Sequence record: MT611523.1
Reading direction: 5' to 3' (one strand)
DNA length: 64,000 nt
From: Escherichia phage DK-13
This document shows positions 1-9,540 of this stretch, piece by piece. The notes beneath the pieces were generated by a model. The model did no database searches, had not been told where the DNA came from, and worked only from the letters and a program-made list of their open reading frames with translations. Each line of letters opens with the position of its first letter. The stretch's first letter is position 1. The translations under genes were made by a program, and so were the position numbers.

Positions 1-260
1 TGTCAGGAATACCATCAGCGAAAAAATAAACCAATTGGTGCATTGTATTGCACGAAAATAATTTGGACTTGACCGCAATAAGTTCTTTCCAATGGTTTAA
101 TTCTTTGTTAAGAAGCTTATGAGCAAACGTAATTCTATCATCACTATCAACAAGAAAATAACCCAGGTATTGAATGTCGTCGCTCCAAAACACCCGGTAT
201 GCCTGTGCATTTGGATTTTTACAGCGAAGTTTTTTGATAACTAAATTTCTGTTAATCATT

Positions 261-554
261 TTATTCACCTGTAACCCATTGAACAATTTTGCTATTGTCA
301 AATGAAGCATCGCAATACAGAACATAGTTATACTGCATAACGTCACCAGAAGTCAATTTGTCAGATACTTCTTTAACCATATCAGGGCGGTCACGTTTAG
401 TTATGTTCATAATATCAGCATAAATCTGATGTTCAACATCAGTCTGGTCGGCAGTCATAGACCACTCACAAAGGTCTTTATCAAGTCCAGCAGTAACTGG
501 AGCTGTACCACATGATGCTACGGTAAGAATTGCCGCGATTAATAACTTTTTCAT
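261..554 (-). CDS. sp: Periplasmic lipoprotein, Spackle (Sp/61.3)-like superinfection exclusion protein
   Basis: 97 aa; N-terminal signal peptide with lipobox-like LTVASCG; size and position in the 61.x block downstream of gene 41 match T4 sp; preceded by an early promoter cassette. Confidence 0.45.
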   Translation of the reverse strand: MKKLLIAAILTVASCGTAPVTAGLDKDLCEWSMTADQTDVEHQIYADIMNITKRDRPDMVKEVSDKLTSGDVMQYNYVLYCDASFDNSKIVQWVTGE

Positions 555-555
555 T

Positions 556-615
556 TCAATCTCCTCAGTAGTTGATAGGGATAATATACAGCATTATCCC
601 TTTGTTGTACACTAT
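556..615 (-). promoter_or_regulatory. PeSL-like early promoter cassette (family A)
   Basis: Minus strand reads GTGTAC, then inverted repeat GGGATAAT/ATTATCCC enclosing a -10-like TATATT, then conserved leader ATCAACTACTGAGGAG before the ATG at 554. Confidence 0.5.
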
Positions 616-851
616 TTTAATGCATCTTCCAGATAAATTTTGCGGAATTTGCGTTTTGTCTGACGAATCTGACGCTTGGTAGGTTTCACAGGAAATTCGA
701 AGAACTCTACGTATTCTTGTTCATAATCATTGTGGCCGACTGAAAGAACTAGTTCCCAGCTGCTTACGGTGCGTTGGATAAACATATTATGCTTACCAAA
801 AGATTTATTCCAAAAAGAACTAGGGGTAGGTTTCATTAATGCGATATTCAT
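612..851 (-). CDS. Hypothetical protein (61.4-position small ORF)
   Basis: 79 aa ORF in tight array between sp-like and dmd-like genes; no recognisable motif. Confidence 0.45.
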   Translation of the reverse strand: MNIALMKPTPSSFWNKSFGKHNMFIQRTVSSWELVLSVGHNDYEQEYVEFFEFPVKPTKRQIRQTKRKFRKIYLEDALK

Positions 852-1055
852 TTAAATTTCCTCAATGCGGGCATCATATTCAAAAACTTTATTGTCATTA
901 ACAAAGGCTTTAACCAGCGCATTATTCACTTCTGCATACTGCACTGTAACCCATTCAATCATATTTTTGTCACTAACATCCAGCGCGGTTTCTTTGGTAA
1001 ACATATTACCGTTTTCAAACCAACCAATAAATACTACGTTCTCTAATTTATACAT
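852..1055 (-). CDS. dmd: Dmd-like protein (antitoxin against RnlA/LsoA-type RNase toxins)
   Basis: 67 aa; VVFIGWF...MFTKE...QYAEVNNALVKAF resembles T4 Dmd (61.5) as recalled from memory; located in the 61.x block near gene 41. Confidence 0.4.
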   Translation of the reverse strand: MYKLENVVFIGWFENGNMFTKETALDVSDKNMIEWVTVQYAEVNNALVKAFVNDNKVFEYDARIEEI

Positions 1056-1373
1056 TTAGATTTCCTCGCAGAAGGCCCAGGCAGCGTGATAAACTGTTGC
1101 GCCTTTAGTATCATTTAAACAAACCACGTCAACCGGTGCAATCACACGATAAAGACGGGGTTCTCCTCCATATGAGCGAGCTGCTCTTCCTGCATAGATA
1201 CGTGCCAAACCAATATCTTCAGTAAAAAACACACGCCCTAAATTTTTCTTACGCCCAACTTCTGACAGAACACCAGTTGCATCAGGAGGGCAAAGCATAT
1301 TTTGGATTCCAGCATTAGAGCTTGACCCATGATAATAAACTTTGTATTCTGCCTTGCAATCAATGGTTTTCAT
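1056..1373 (-). CDS. Hypothetical protein with YHGS motif
   Basis: 105 aa ORF immediately downstream of gene 41; contains VYYHGSSS, reminiscent of H-G-S NAD-binding motifs but too short to call. Confidence 0.45.
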   Translation of the reverse strand: MKTIDCKAEYKVYYHGSSSNAGIQNMLCPPDATGVLSEVGRKKNLGRVFFTEDIGLARIYAGRAARSYGGEPRLYRVIAPVDVVCLNDTKGATVYHAAWAFCEEI

Positions 1374-1412
1374 TTTATTCTCCAGTAGTTGATAGGGTCA
1401 TTATAACATAAG
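1374..1412 (-). promoter_or_regulatory. Early promoter / conserved leader (family A, partial)
   Basis: Minus strand TTATAATGACCCTATCAACTACTGGAG directly upstream of the ATG at 1373. Confidence 0.4.
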
Positions 1413-1436
1413 AAAAAGGGGCTGTAAGCCCCTTTT
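1413..1436 (-). terminator. Rho-independent terminator after gene 41
   Basis: Hairpin GGGGC-TGTAA-GCCCC flanked by A-run and T-run, immediately 3' of the gene 41 stop. Confidence 0.6.
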
Positions 1437-1444
1437 AAAATATT

Positions 1445-2884
1445 TTAAAATTTCATTTGAGCAGCAAGGTCGTCCAGGTCGCTCCTGTTGACCCTGGTTT
1501 GTCGATTCATTTCAGCCTGGCGATTCATCTCACCGGTGGCTTCTTTAACTGTAGGGCCTTGTTTAGGAGCCGAATCATCATCAACCTCATACCAGCGCTG
1601 ATTACCTTTCTTAACACCCATCTTGAATTTATTATAGTAGTTCTTATCACCATAACGAGACTTAAGCTGTTTGATTAACTGCAGCCCCATTTGAGCGAAT
1701 TCTTCGGTCTCAACAACACCCAACATAAAGTCAGCTGTATGAGCAATACCAAAGGATTCTGCGATGTCAGCCATATCAATCTCAGCTGCAACGTTCGCGC
1801 CCCTGGTTGTCTGCGCTGCAGTCCACAGGACCACATTTTTCTCGACTGCCAGACCACGAAGTTCTTCTGCAACCATCTTAATCAGACCGTAACTATTTTC
1901 GGTAAACGTTTTCAGTCTTGAGCTTGCACAGATTGCCAGGTAGTCAACAATAATCACATCTGGTACAAACCCTTGCTTCAGCTTGTACTCGTTCAGTAAT
2001 GCACGGAAGGTGTCCGCATGAGCACCGCCAGTTGGATATTGTTTTATCTTCAGAGTCCCAAGAGTCCCGGAAGCACGCCATTTTTCCATCTTAGCTTTAT
2101 ATTCCGCCCATGACACATGACCTTCATCAATATCATCCAGAGATACATCCAGCAAGTTGGCATCAATACGTTTGGCACATACTTCTTCAGCCATTTCCAT
2201 GCTTATATAAAGCACATTATGACCAGTCTGAAGATAGTCAGCGGCTAACGAACAAAGTCCAAGGGATTTGCCGACGTTCGTCCCGGCCAGTAAAACGTTC
2301 TCTGTACCGTACTCAACCCCACCCTTTGTGATTTTATTCAGGATGTTAATACGGAACGGAACCTTCTTCGATTTGTTCAGATAAGTCTGGAATCGAGCTT
2401 CGTAATCGTTTAACCAGTCATGGCCCAGAGCGGAGTCAAAACAGATAGACAATGCATCGCGCATGATGTCGGGGATAGCACCAATATCCGGGATTCGTTT
2501 ATCACGTTTATCTTTAGGAAGTTCGGCATTACTCTGGATTTCGATAATCCTGGATGTGGCATTGAACATCGCAGACTTCTGTACATACTTCTCGGTTTCT
2601 TTAACCAACCAGTCCTGGTCTTCTGGAGTATCGGCCAGGACTCCTAAGAGTTTCTTTGTGCCTTCATATTCGACTTCAGAAAGGTCAGAACTGTCGAGCG
2701 CGATATCAAGTGCAGTCTTAGTTGGTACCGCTTGATATTCTTTTACGTGTTCGTTAATCGTATTAAAAAGGGTCTTTGCAGGACCCTTTTCAAAATATGT
2801 GTTATTCAGATATGGCCAGACTTTAACAAAATATTCCTTGTTAAAGAGTAGCTGGGATAAAATAGTTTCTACCACTTCCACCAC
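1445..2884 (-). CDS. 41: gp41 replicative DNA helicase (DnaB-like primase-helicase)
   Basis: 479 aa; DnaB-family helicase-like sequence; size and synteny with 40 and uvsX as in T4. Confidence 0.93.
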   Translation of the reverse strand: MVEVVETILSQLLFNKEYFVKVWPYLNNTYFEKGPAKTLFNTINEHVKEYQAVPTKTALDIALDSSDLSEVEYEGTKKLLGVLADTPEDQDWLVKETEKYVQKSAMFNATSRIIEIQSNAELPKDKRDKRIPDIGAIPDIMRDALSICFDSALGHDWLNDYEARFQTYLNKSKKVPFRINILNKITKGGVEYGTENVLLAGTNVGKSLGLCSLAADYLQTGHNVLYISMEMAEEVCAKRIDANLLDVSLDDIDEGHVSWAEYKAKMEKWRASGTLGTLKIKQYPTGGAHADTFRALLNEYKLKQGFVPDVIIVDYLAICASSRLKTFTENSYGLIKMVAEELRGLAVEKNVVLWTAAQTTRGANVAAEIDMADIAESFGIAHTADFMLGVVETEEFAQMGLQLIKQLKSRYGDKNYYNKFKMGVKKGNQRWYEVDDDSAPKQGPTVKEATGEMNRQAEMNRQTRVNRSDLDDLAAQMKF

Positions 2885-3213
2885 CTCTTTTTCATTTTAA
2901 TCTTATCAATTTCATCTTGTATTTGCATTGTAACACACTTTTCTACATGCACAGCAAGCTCCGCTTTGCGGTCTTCGGAAGGGGTACCGAAATCAACTGA
3001 AACTTTTCCAGATGGTTCAATTTTAATTCCGGTTACGTACACAATGTGACTGGACCCATCAGGGAGTGATAACAGAATTTCCTGTCGTACAGTTCCCATG
3101 GATTGCCGGATAATCTCCAAACTTTTTTCGTAGTAAGGTACAGAAGGAGCCTTAGCTCCCTCCGCATCTTTCTCGAAATTATCTAAATCAGATAAATCGA
3201 TATCATTCATCAA
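2869..3213 (-). CDS. 40: gp40 head vertex assembly chaperone
   Basis: 114 aa ORF between uvsX and 41 with overlapping stop/start, matching T4 synteny and size. Confidence 0.7.
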   Translation of the reverse strand: MMNDIDLSDLDNFEKDAEGAKAPSVPYYEKSLEIIRQSMGTVRQEILLSLPDGSSHIVYVTGIKIEPSGKVSVDFGTPSEDRKAELAVHVEKCVTMQIQDEIDKIKMKKRWWKW

Positions 3214-4381
3214 GGTCTTCCATCATATCTAAATCGTTTTCGATATCTGCAGCGGACGGTTTTGTCTTACCTTCAGGAGCAGAGTATTTTTCAACCTTGG
3301 AGGCAATAAGCGCATCAACTTCGGCATCAACAACAGCATTGCTATCGATTGCACCCAGTTGGTAATGGCGTTTGATTGCATCACGGAAAGGTTCGTGTTT
3401 AAACAGCGGCCCCCAGAATTCGGTGCAGTTAGTATCTTTTGCGCGCCATGATTTTTCTTCGCGGACCATTTCCCCGGTCTCAACATCAAGATATTCACGG
3501 TTATACCAACCAACTTTTGGTTTAACCACAAATCCGATTTCTATTGCCATATCAAGCAGGCCAGAATACGGGTCAATACCACCATCGAATTTTACATCAA
3601 TGAAGAATTTACTTTTCTCTTTGACCATACGAGATTTTTCGGCGTTCAGAACAAATTGGAAGCCTTCAAGTTCTTTACCAGTTTCTTTAATCTGACGTTT
3701 ACCGATAATGAATACAGTGTCCGCGGAATACATAACACCTGTGCCACCGGTCATAACGGTTTTACTGTACATCTCAATCGTCTCGATTGTATGGTTAACC
3801 GCGACACAAGGAATATCCTTGATACTAAAATAAGGGGTAACAATACGGAACAGAGATTTCAGGGATTTAGCACGAGTCATATCGCCAACGACTTTTTCGT
3901 TCATCGCATCTTCTGTTTCTTTTTTCGACGCCATGTTACCGATTGAGTCAATAAAGATAATGACTTTTTCACCACGCTCAATTGCTTCAAGCTGGTTAAC
4001 CATATCAACTTTCAATTGTTCAACCGACTGGATTGGTGTATGGATAACACGCTCCGGGTCTACTTTCATTGCACGAAGATATGCTTCTGTGATACCAAAT
4101 TCTGAATCATAGAACAAACAGATTGCGTCGGGGTATTTGTTCATATATGCAGAGACCATCGTTAAACCCATATTGGATTTAAAGTGTTTTGACGGACCAG
4201 CAAAAATAGTCAAACCTGACTGCATACCACCATCTAGTGCACCGCTGATTGCAATGTTCAGCATCGGGATTTTTGTACGAACTACATCTTTATCATTAAA
4301 GAACTTGGACTTGGTAAGAGTCGCAGTCATTTTGGATGTAGAAGCTTTAATCAAACGGGATTTCAAATCTGCAATAGACAT
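3203..4381 (-). CDS. uvsX: UvsX RecA-like recombinase
   Basis: 392 aa, RecA/Rad51-fold sequence; T4 UvsX size and position. Confidence 0.93.
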   Translation of the reverse strand: MSIADLKSRLIKASTSKMTATLTKSKFFNDKDVVRTKIPMLNIAISGALDGGMQSGLTIFAGPSKHFKSNMGLTMVSAYMNKYPDAICLFYDSEFGITEAYLRAMKVDPERVIHTPIQSVEQLKVDMVNQLEAIERGEKVIIFIDSIGNMASKKETEDAMNEKVVGDMTRAKSLKSLFRIVTPYFSIKDIPCVAVNHTIETIEMYSKTVMTGGTGVMYSADTVFIIGKRQIKETGKELEGFQFVLNAEKSRMVKEKSKFFIDVKFDGGIDPYSGLLDMAIEIGFVVKPKVGWYNREYLDVETGEMVREEKSWRAKDTNCTEFWGPLFKHEPFRDAIKRHYQLGAIDSNAVVDAEVDALIASKVEKYSAPEGKTKPSAADIENDLDMMEDLDE

Positions 4382-4460
4382 TCATTTTTTCCATAGGCAC
4401 CATTATATTTTTCTCACAGGTTTAAGATAGGATAATTATATCACTGTATTTTCAGAGCAA

Positions 4461-4589
4461 TTAACGATTGAATCCACGATTAATTGCACGTTCAACAATC
4501 TTCCGGGTCTGACGTTTGTCCCACCAGTACATAAAACCAATACCAAATGCAGACAACAGCCATAGGCTAATCAATAACATACCAATCAT
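4461..4589 (-). CDS. Small hydrophobic membrane peptide (42 aa)
   Basis: Hand-translated ORF MIGMLLISLWLLSAFGIGFMYWWDKRQTRKIVERAINRGFNR, below the 60 aa track cut-off, fills the gap between uvsX and the lipoprotein gene. Confidence 0.3.
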   Translation of the reverse strand: MIGMLLISLWLLSAFGIGFMYWWDKRQTRKIVERAINRGFNR

Positions 4590-4610
4590 AATATTCTTCT
4601 CGCAGTTTGT

Positions 4611-5114
4611 TTAGTTAATACCTTGGCGTGCTTTCTCTTTAGCTACACATTTATTAATATAGCTCAGACGGTTTTGAGCAGAACGCTGATACATATCGCG
4701 GTACTCATTAGCTTTTGGAGAACCCGTCTCTGCTGCCTGATAAGCTTCTGCGCGCATGATGTTTATCTGCATATTGATGTATGACATGCAGACCTGTGAA
4801 ATCTGGTTAACAGTATCCAGGTCATTTTGTCGCTTGGTTTCTGCTTCCAGCTTGGCAATGATTTCGTCATGCTTCGCAGCTTGCTCGCGTTTGTACTCAA
4901 TTTCTTGTTGAGCATATTTCGCGCAGTTGTTTCCACATTGATTGTTGTCGCGTTTGTAGATAAGTCCAGTACCACCTTTGAAATCAAAGGAACCATTATG
5001 CACCTGACGGTCTGCAGCAATTCGCGCTTTACCAATCTCGTTGGCATTAACAACATCACCCTGGTAAGCACAACCAGATAGCAGCATAACAGCTGCGATA
5101 GCTAACTTTTTCAT
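4611..5114 (-). CDS. Lipoprotein with coiled-coil region (occupies the T4 beta-gt/42 position)
   Basis: 167 aa; signal peptide MKKLAIAAVMLLSGC with lipobox; sits where T4 carries beta-gt and gene 42. Confidence 0.6.
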   Translation of the reverse strand: MKKLAIAAVMLLSGCAYQGDVVNANEIGKARIAADRQVHNGSFDFKGGTGLIYKRDNNQCGNNCAKYAQQEIEYKREQAAKHDEIIAKLEAETKRQNDLDTVNQISQVCMSYINMQINIMRAEAYQAAETGSPKANEYRDMYQRSAQNRLSYINKCVAKEKARQGIN

Positions 5115-5122
5115 TTTGCTTC

Positions 5123-5266
5123 CTAATTAAAACATTCATAGCGGGCTTGGAGCCCCAAAAATACCCAACCCAAAATTAAAGTTGGAATCATATGTGGAGT
5201 CATTATTGCCCAGTAGATTGACATACTAAAAAATGCAATCAGTACAATAATTGTAATTATCTTCAT
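5123..5266 (-). CDS. Small membrane protein (47 aa, imm.1-like position)
   Basis: Hand-translated MKIITIIVLIAFFSMSIYWAIMTPHMIPTLILGWVFLGLQARYECFN; its ATG overlaps the imm stop as ATGA. Confidence 0.35.
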   Translation of the reverse strand: MKIITIIVLIAFFSMSIYWAIMTPHMIPTLILGWVFLGLQARYECFN

Positions 5267-5505
5267 TTTGATTCCTTGATGATAATTACTTGTGCGTTTG
5301 ATTTACGTTCAGCAACGAGTGCCCAGATAAATGCAATAAACCATCCGACCATTGTCCAACCTAACAGAAGGTTAACAAAGAAGATTCCGCAATTACTTTT
5401 GGTACCACGCAGCAGCGCGATAATCCACGGCAGAAAATATGCCAGTGCAGCCAGGAAGAAAGAACCAGCCCCAAGAACAACAGTACCCGCAATTAATGTT
5501 TCCAT
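5263..5505 (-). CDS. imm: Imm superinfection immunity membrane protein
   Basis: 80 aa, two TM segments, YFLPWIIALLRG...NLLLGWTMVGWFIAFIWAL resembles the superinfection immunity family; directly upstream of gene 43 as in T4. Confidence 0.7.
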   Translation of the reverse strand: METLIAGTVVLGAGSFFLAALAYFLPWIIALLRGTKSNCGIFFVNLLLGWTMVGWFIAFIWALVAERKSNAQVIIIKESK

Positions 5506-5574
5506 TTTAATATCCTTAAGTTATTCATCAGTTGATGAGGTAATCATACGGCAATCCATTGCCGTTGTAAACAC

Positions 5575-8289
5575 TTAAAAGTCAAACATGTCAAAAAGAG
5601 TTGCTTTCTTTTCGTAATCAACCTTTGCAGCTTCAGAGAAACCTGTTAATGGCTTAACAAAAGTCTTCTGGAACAGTGTGTTGTAGTCCATCCACTGCAG
5701 AACCTGGTCACGGATTTCAATCGGGAGTTCAATCCCAGATGGCCATGCAATCACGGTTTCACCAAACGGGTTGCCGACTTTAAGAGGAAGTACATACACC
5801 TTTTCCCCTTCCATGATTTGCGGAACAGTCTTCAGACCTTTAGTTGCACGCATATAAGCAAGCACACCTTTGATATGAGCCGGGCACTTAAATCCAGGGA
5901 AACCACCTTCATTATATTTCTGGATGTTGTTAACCGATGATACACCTGCGATGGTCATGTAGTTAAGCTCATTAAATTCCTTATTGAATTCCTTGAAGTA
6001 TGTCTGCAGAGATTCTTCACCTTCTTGCAGCATGCGGCGGATACATTCTTTCAGAGCTTTCTGACATGCCTTTGGAGTACTCGACTTTTGAGTTTCCAGA
6101 CCCATAATTTTCAGTTTCGGAACAGCATAACGTGTGCCTTCCATATCGTACACGTTCAGCGCATAACGCTTCTTCGCCGTCCAGAATCCACCCACACCTT
6201 TAGAACCCAGCGGAGGACATGCAATCGCCTCACGGTCCATAAACATAAGGTGCTGTTTGTTGTTCATGTATTCAGCCAGCTCACGGAAAGCTTTATCGAT
6301 TGCCGGTTCCAGACGGTCTTTCGCAAACTTGTCCATGAAGTCAACCAGGTGGTTTGTATCACGGAATTTAGATTCGCCACCAACCTTTTTAATCAGGTTA
6401 TCACACTGGATATAAATGGAGTCAGTATCGCCATAGAACACATAAGTTTCGCCGCTTGTCCCACAAACACTATCGAAGTATTCGTTAACTTTACGCTCAA
6501 TCCACTGCAATGCAAGTTGTCCGAAAGATGTAATCGCGGTTGCATTTCGCAGGTCAAAGTAACGGAACCAGATATTGCCCAGAGCGCCATAACAGCTGTT
6601 GATAAGCAGCTTACGGTTAATCTGTGCGGTCATGCCTGCAACTTCTTCCATCTGCGCTTTATACAACATACCATTTAGGACTGTTTGATTCAGACCATGC
6701 AAGGTTGTTTTCATATTGTCATCAAAGTCATGACGATAATCAACTTCAGGTTCGGTTGTACCAGTTCCTGGATTGCGCAGAGCTTCCTTAATCAGTTCAC
6801 CATTACGTTGAGCCGCAAGCATATAGCCTTTGTGCTCTTTACGCTGATTAAACACCTTGGTGACTTCTGTCGGAATAATACCCGCAACATCTTTAAAATA
6901 CATCATACCATTTGGAGCACAACTAAATGTATCAGATGGACGGTCAGCAGTTCCGGCGATGTATTCATGCATTTGCGCAGGAGCAAATGAACCGGCAATC
7001 GTTTCTGGACTGATGTTAATCTGTCGGATAATGCTCGGATACAGAGATGTTAAGTCACAGCTCATTACATATTTGTACGCGTTCGGAATAGGTTCCTTAA
7101 CAAATGCACCAGGGAACGATTGACGAACATGCGATTTGGTTTCCGGAATGACTTTGTTTTGAGTCTTCAGGCTGTTAAAGATAATCGCATCCCAAGTTTT
7201 GATTGGGCTGAATACAGACTGAATCTGCATTTTTGCGTAATAACCCATTGACTGACTCAGGTTAATAAACTGCCGCTTACGGTCAATCTGCACAACACGA
7301 TAAACGTCGATGATGTTATAAGAAATATACCGCTGGTGATTTGATTCGCGCAGTTTAGAAATCGGGCCATCATACGGGAGTTTACCAACACCCAGTTCAG
7401 ATTCCGCAACATAATCCAACGAATAAGACGGTTGGTTTGTGAAGCTGAACTTTTTATACAGGTCCAGATAATCCAGAACAGAGATACCCAGAATCTGAAT
7501 GATTTCTTGTTCTTCACCAAAGCCATTGTTAATGACCTTAACTTTTGTACGACGATGTGGGCTCAGACGTTTTGCCGTAGCTTCACCAAATACATTTTTA
7601 AGGCGGTTGTAGATATATGGAATATCAAATTTCTCGATGTTCCAACCAGTTAACATAACCGGAGTTTTCTCGTTCCAGAATACCAAATACTGCTGGAGCA
7701 TTTCTTCTTCTGAATCGAAAGCCATATAAACAATTTTTTCCAGGATTTCTTCAGGGACTTCATCACCGCCGTCTTCCTGCAGCTTAGCAGCAATATCAAT
7801 AGACCATTGCTCCACAGTGGCGTATGGTGAGCCCAAAAGGTCAAAGACATAGAATTTATCGTCTACCGAATCATAGTGCGTCAGGGCATCAATAGGGTGA
7901 CGTGCTTCAGACGGTTCAGGGAACCCATCAGGAGATGTCACCTCGATATCGAAGTTAGCAACACGGATTTTACTTGAATCATATTTGATTTCGTGTGGGT
8001 AACGGTCGGACAAGTATGCGAGTTTAAAGTCATCCATACCCATAGCTTCGAGACCCATGTCATTCATTCGCTTCATCCACTGGGATGCATCACGCATGGA
8101 ATCGAATTCTTTTTTCACACAACCTTTATTATAGATGTCTGTATACTTTGCAGCCTGGCCTTCCCGGGCGTGCATAAACAAGCATGGGGCATAAGGGATT
8201 TCACGAACACGTTCATGACCATTCTTGTCAATATATCGTTCGAGTAGGTTGTCACCGATTTGTTCGATAGTTAAATAAAATTCTTGCAT
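5575..8289 (-). CDS. 43: gp43 DNA polymerase (family B)
   Basis: 904 aa; family-B polymerase-like sequence; T4 gp43 size and position; uninterrupted ORF. Confidence 0.96.
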   Translation of the reverse strand: MQEFYLTIEQIGDNLLERYIDKNGHERVREIPYAPCLFMHAREGQAAKYTDIYNKGCVKKEFDSMRDASQWMKRMNDMGLEAMGMDDFKLAYLSDRYPHEIKYDSSKIRVANFDIEVTSPDGFPEPSEARHPIDALTHYDSVDDKFYVFDLLGSPYATVEQWSIDIAAKLQEDGGDEVPEEILEKIVYMAFDSEEEMLQQYLVFWNEKTPVMLTGWNIEKFDIPYIYNRLKNVFGEATAKRLSPHRRTKVKVINNGFGEEQEIIQILGISVLDYLDLYKKFSFTNQPSYSLDYVAESELGVGKLPYDGPISKLRESNHQRYISYNIIDVYRVVQIDRKRQFINLSQSMGYYAKMQIQSVFSPIKTWDAIIFNSLKTQNKVIPETKSHVRQSFPGAFVKEPIPNAYKYVMSCDLTSLYPSIIRQINISPETIAGSFAPAQMHEYIAGTADRPSDTFSCAPNGMMYFKDVAGIIPTEVTKVFNQRKEHKGYMLAAQRNGELIKEALRNPGTGTTEPEVDYRHDFDDNMKTTLHGLNQTVLNGMLYKAQMEEVAGMTAQINRKLLINSCYGALGNIWFRYFDLRNATAITSFGQLALQWIERKVNEYFDSVCGTSGETYVFYGDTDSIYIQCDNLIKKVGGESKFRDTNHLVDFMDKFAKDRLEPAIDKAFRELAEYMNNKQHLMFMDREAIACPPLGSKGVGGFWTAKKRYALNVYDMEGTRYAVPKLKIMGLETQKSSTPKACQKALKECIRRMLQEGEESLQTYFKEFNKEFNELNYMTIAGVSSVNNIQKYNEGGFPGFKCPAHIKGVLAYMRATKGLKTVPQIMEGEKVYVLPLKVGNPFGETVIAWPSGIELPIEIRDQVLQWMDYNTLFQKTFVKPLTGFSEAAKVDYEKKATLFDMFDF

Positions 8290-8350
8290 TTGATTTCCTT
8301 TATAGTCGAGTGATTGACTTTTGTTTTATGACTTGACGCTATTATACTAC

Positions 8351-8372
8351 AAAAGGGACCGAAGTCCCTTTG
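8351..8372 (-). terminator. Hairpin terminator upstream of gene 43
   Basis: GGGAC-CGAA-GTCCC stem-loop flanked by A-run and T-run between the 75 aa ORF and gene 43. Confidence 0.5.
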
Positions 8373-8374
8373 CT

Positions 8375-8602
8375 TTAAATTTCTATTATACGACGTTCGA
8401 TAGTCGGATTACCATTTTCATCTTTAGTTCTAACCATAGCCTGGAAGACTCTCTGTCCAGGATGCAATAATTTATTGAGTTCCTTTTGAAATTCTATTTG
8501 AAGTTCTTCGGAAAGGTCAAAAATGGTTTGAGTTGGGGAAAGTCCATATATTTCTTTAAGGCGTTCACATGTTTCAATTTCATGCTTCATATCAATTACC
8601 AA
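8375..8602 (-). CDS. Hypothetical protein
   Basis: 75 aa ORF between regA and gene 43, overlapping the regA stop. Confidence 0.45.
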   Translation of the reverse strand: MVIDMKHEIETCERLKEIYGLSPTQTIFDLSEELQIEFQKELNKLLHPGQRVFQAMVRTKDENGNPTIERRIIEI

Positions 8603-8960
8603 TTGTATATTTGGCTACGAGCTTCCAGTCATCTTTTTGTTTGAATGAGATAACACGGAAGTTATTTGTTACTGCGAACAATTCATTATGCTCTTCTTCT
8701 TTGATAGCGATTAAGCCCCAGTCTTCGAGCAATTGGGCGATGGAATCACGGCGCTGATAGTCTTCGCCGTCAATATCCACCTGACGACCATCCATGCGCA
8801 GCATTTCTTTGAAGTGAACAATATAATAACGACCTTGCTTCTGGAGGATGTGGCAGCTCTGGTACAGCACACGGTCTTTATTATTTGCGATGCCCATACG
8901 GGTCAGAGTTTCTTTAACTTTCAGGAAGTCTTCAGGTTGCTTTAATGTAATTTCAATCAT
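8592..8960 (-). CDS. regA: RegA translational repressor of early genes
   Basis: 122 aa, near-colinear with T4 RegA (MIEITLK.PEDFLKVKETLTRMGIANNKD...). Confidence 0.93.
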   Translation of the reverse strand: MIEITLKQPEDFLKVKETLTRMGIANNKDRVLYQSCHILQKQGRYYIVHFKEMLRMDGRQVDIDGEDYQRRDSIAQLLEDWGLIAIKEEEHNELFAVTNNFRVISFKQKDDWKLVAKYTIGN

Positions 8961-8961
8961 T

Positions 8962-9540
8962 TTACCATTCCAATATTTGTTTTTTAATTTCTTTTTGTTC
9001 TTTCACATTACTGGTAACGGTCTTTAAGAATTCATCCGTCACCAGACCTTTTGTCTTTTTCAAAACATCTTTAAGACTACCTTTGACTTTCAATGTTTCC
9101 ATATACATCAAAGCATCATCTGCATTAATTGTATAATATTTCATTAAAAGCTTTAACACAAGCTGGACGCTGACTACATCCGGCTCAGCCTTCGCCCATT
9201 TACCATAACGCTTGCCTTGCGGAACCGCATGCAGCAAATAATTATAATGCTGTTGGTCTGTTAACCCGGAACCAATTAAGTTCATCACGTTCACCTGCAT
9301 GATGCAATCGACATGTTGGCTCAATGCGTTTTCTAACCAGAATTTATTGTAGTTTTCCGATTGAATCAGGTTCCGTGGTTTTTTACTAACGGTTATGTCA
9401 TTAAGAATCGCGAACAATTCATTTTCTGCTTTCTCTTTGTATGAATCGGACAATTCCTGAATTTTGTTAAAGTCGCGTGATTTCCACGCAACCTCATGTT
9501 CGTTTAATTGAACGTCATCATCAAAGAGACTTACAGCCAT
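8962..9540 (-). CDS. 62: gp62 clamp loader small subunit
   Basis: 192 aa ORF between regA and 44, overlapping the 44 stop; T4 synteny and size. Confidence 0.85.
   Translation of the reverse strand: MAVSLFDDDVQLNEHEVAWKSRDFNKIQELSDSYKEKAENELFAILNDITVSKKPRNLIQSENYNKFWLENALSQHVDCIMQVNVMNLIGSGLTDQQHYNYLLHAVPQGKRYGKWAKAEPDVVSVQLVLKLLMKYYTINADDALMYMETLKVKGSLKDVLKKTKGLVTDEFLKTVTSNVKEQKEIKKQILEW

Noticed and set aside
6025-6678. 217 aa plus-strand ORF from the six-frame track
   Set aside because: Lies entirely antisense within the gene 43 DNA polymerase coding region; no RBS; typical shadow ORF.
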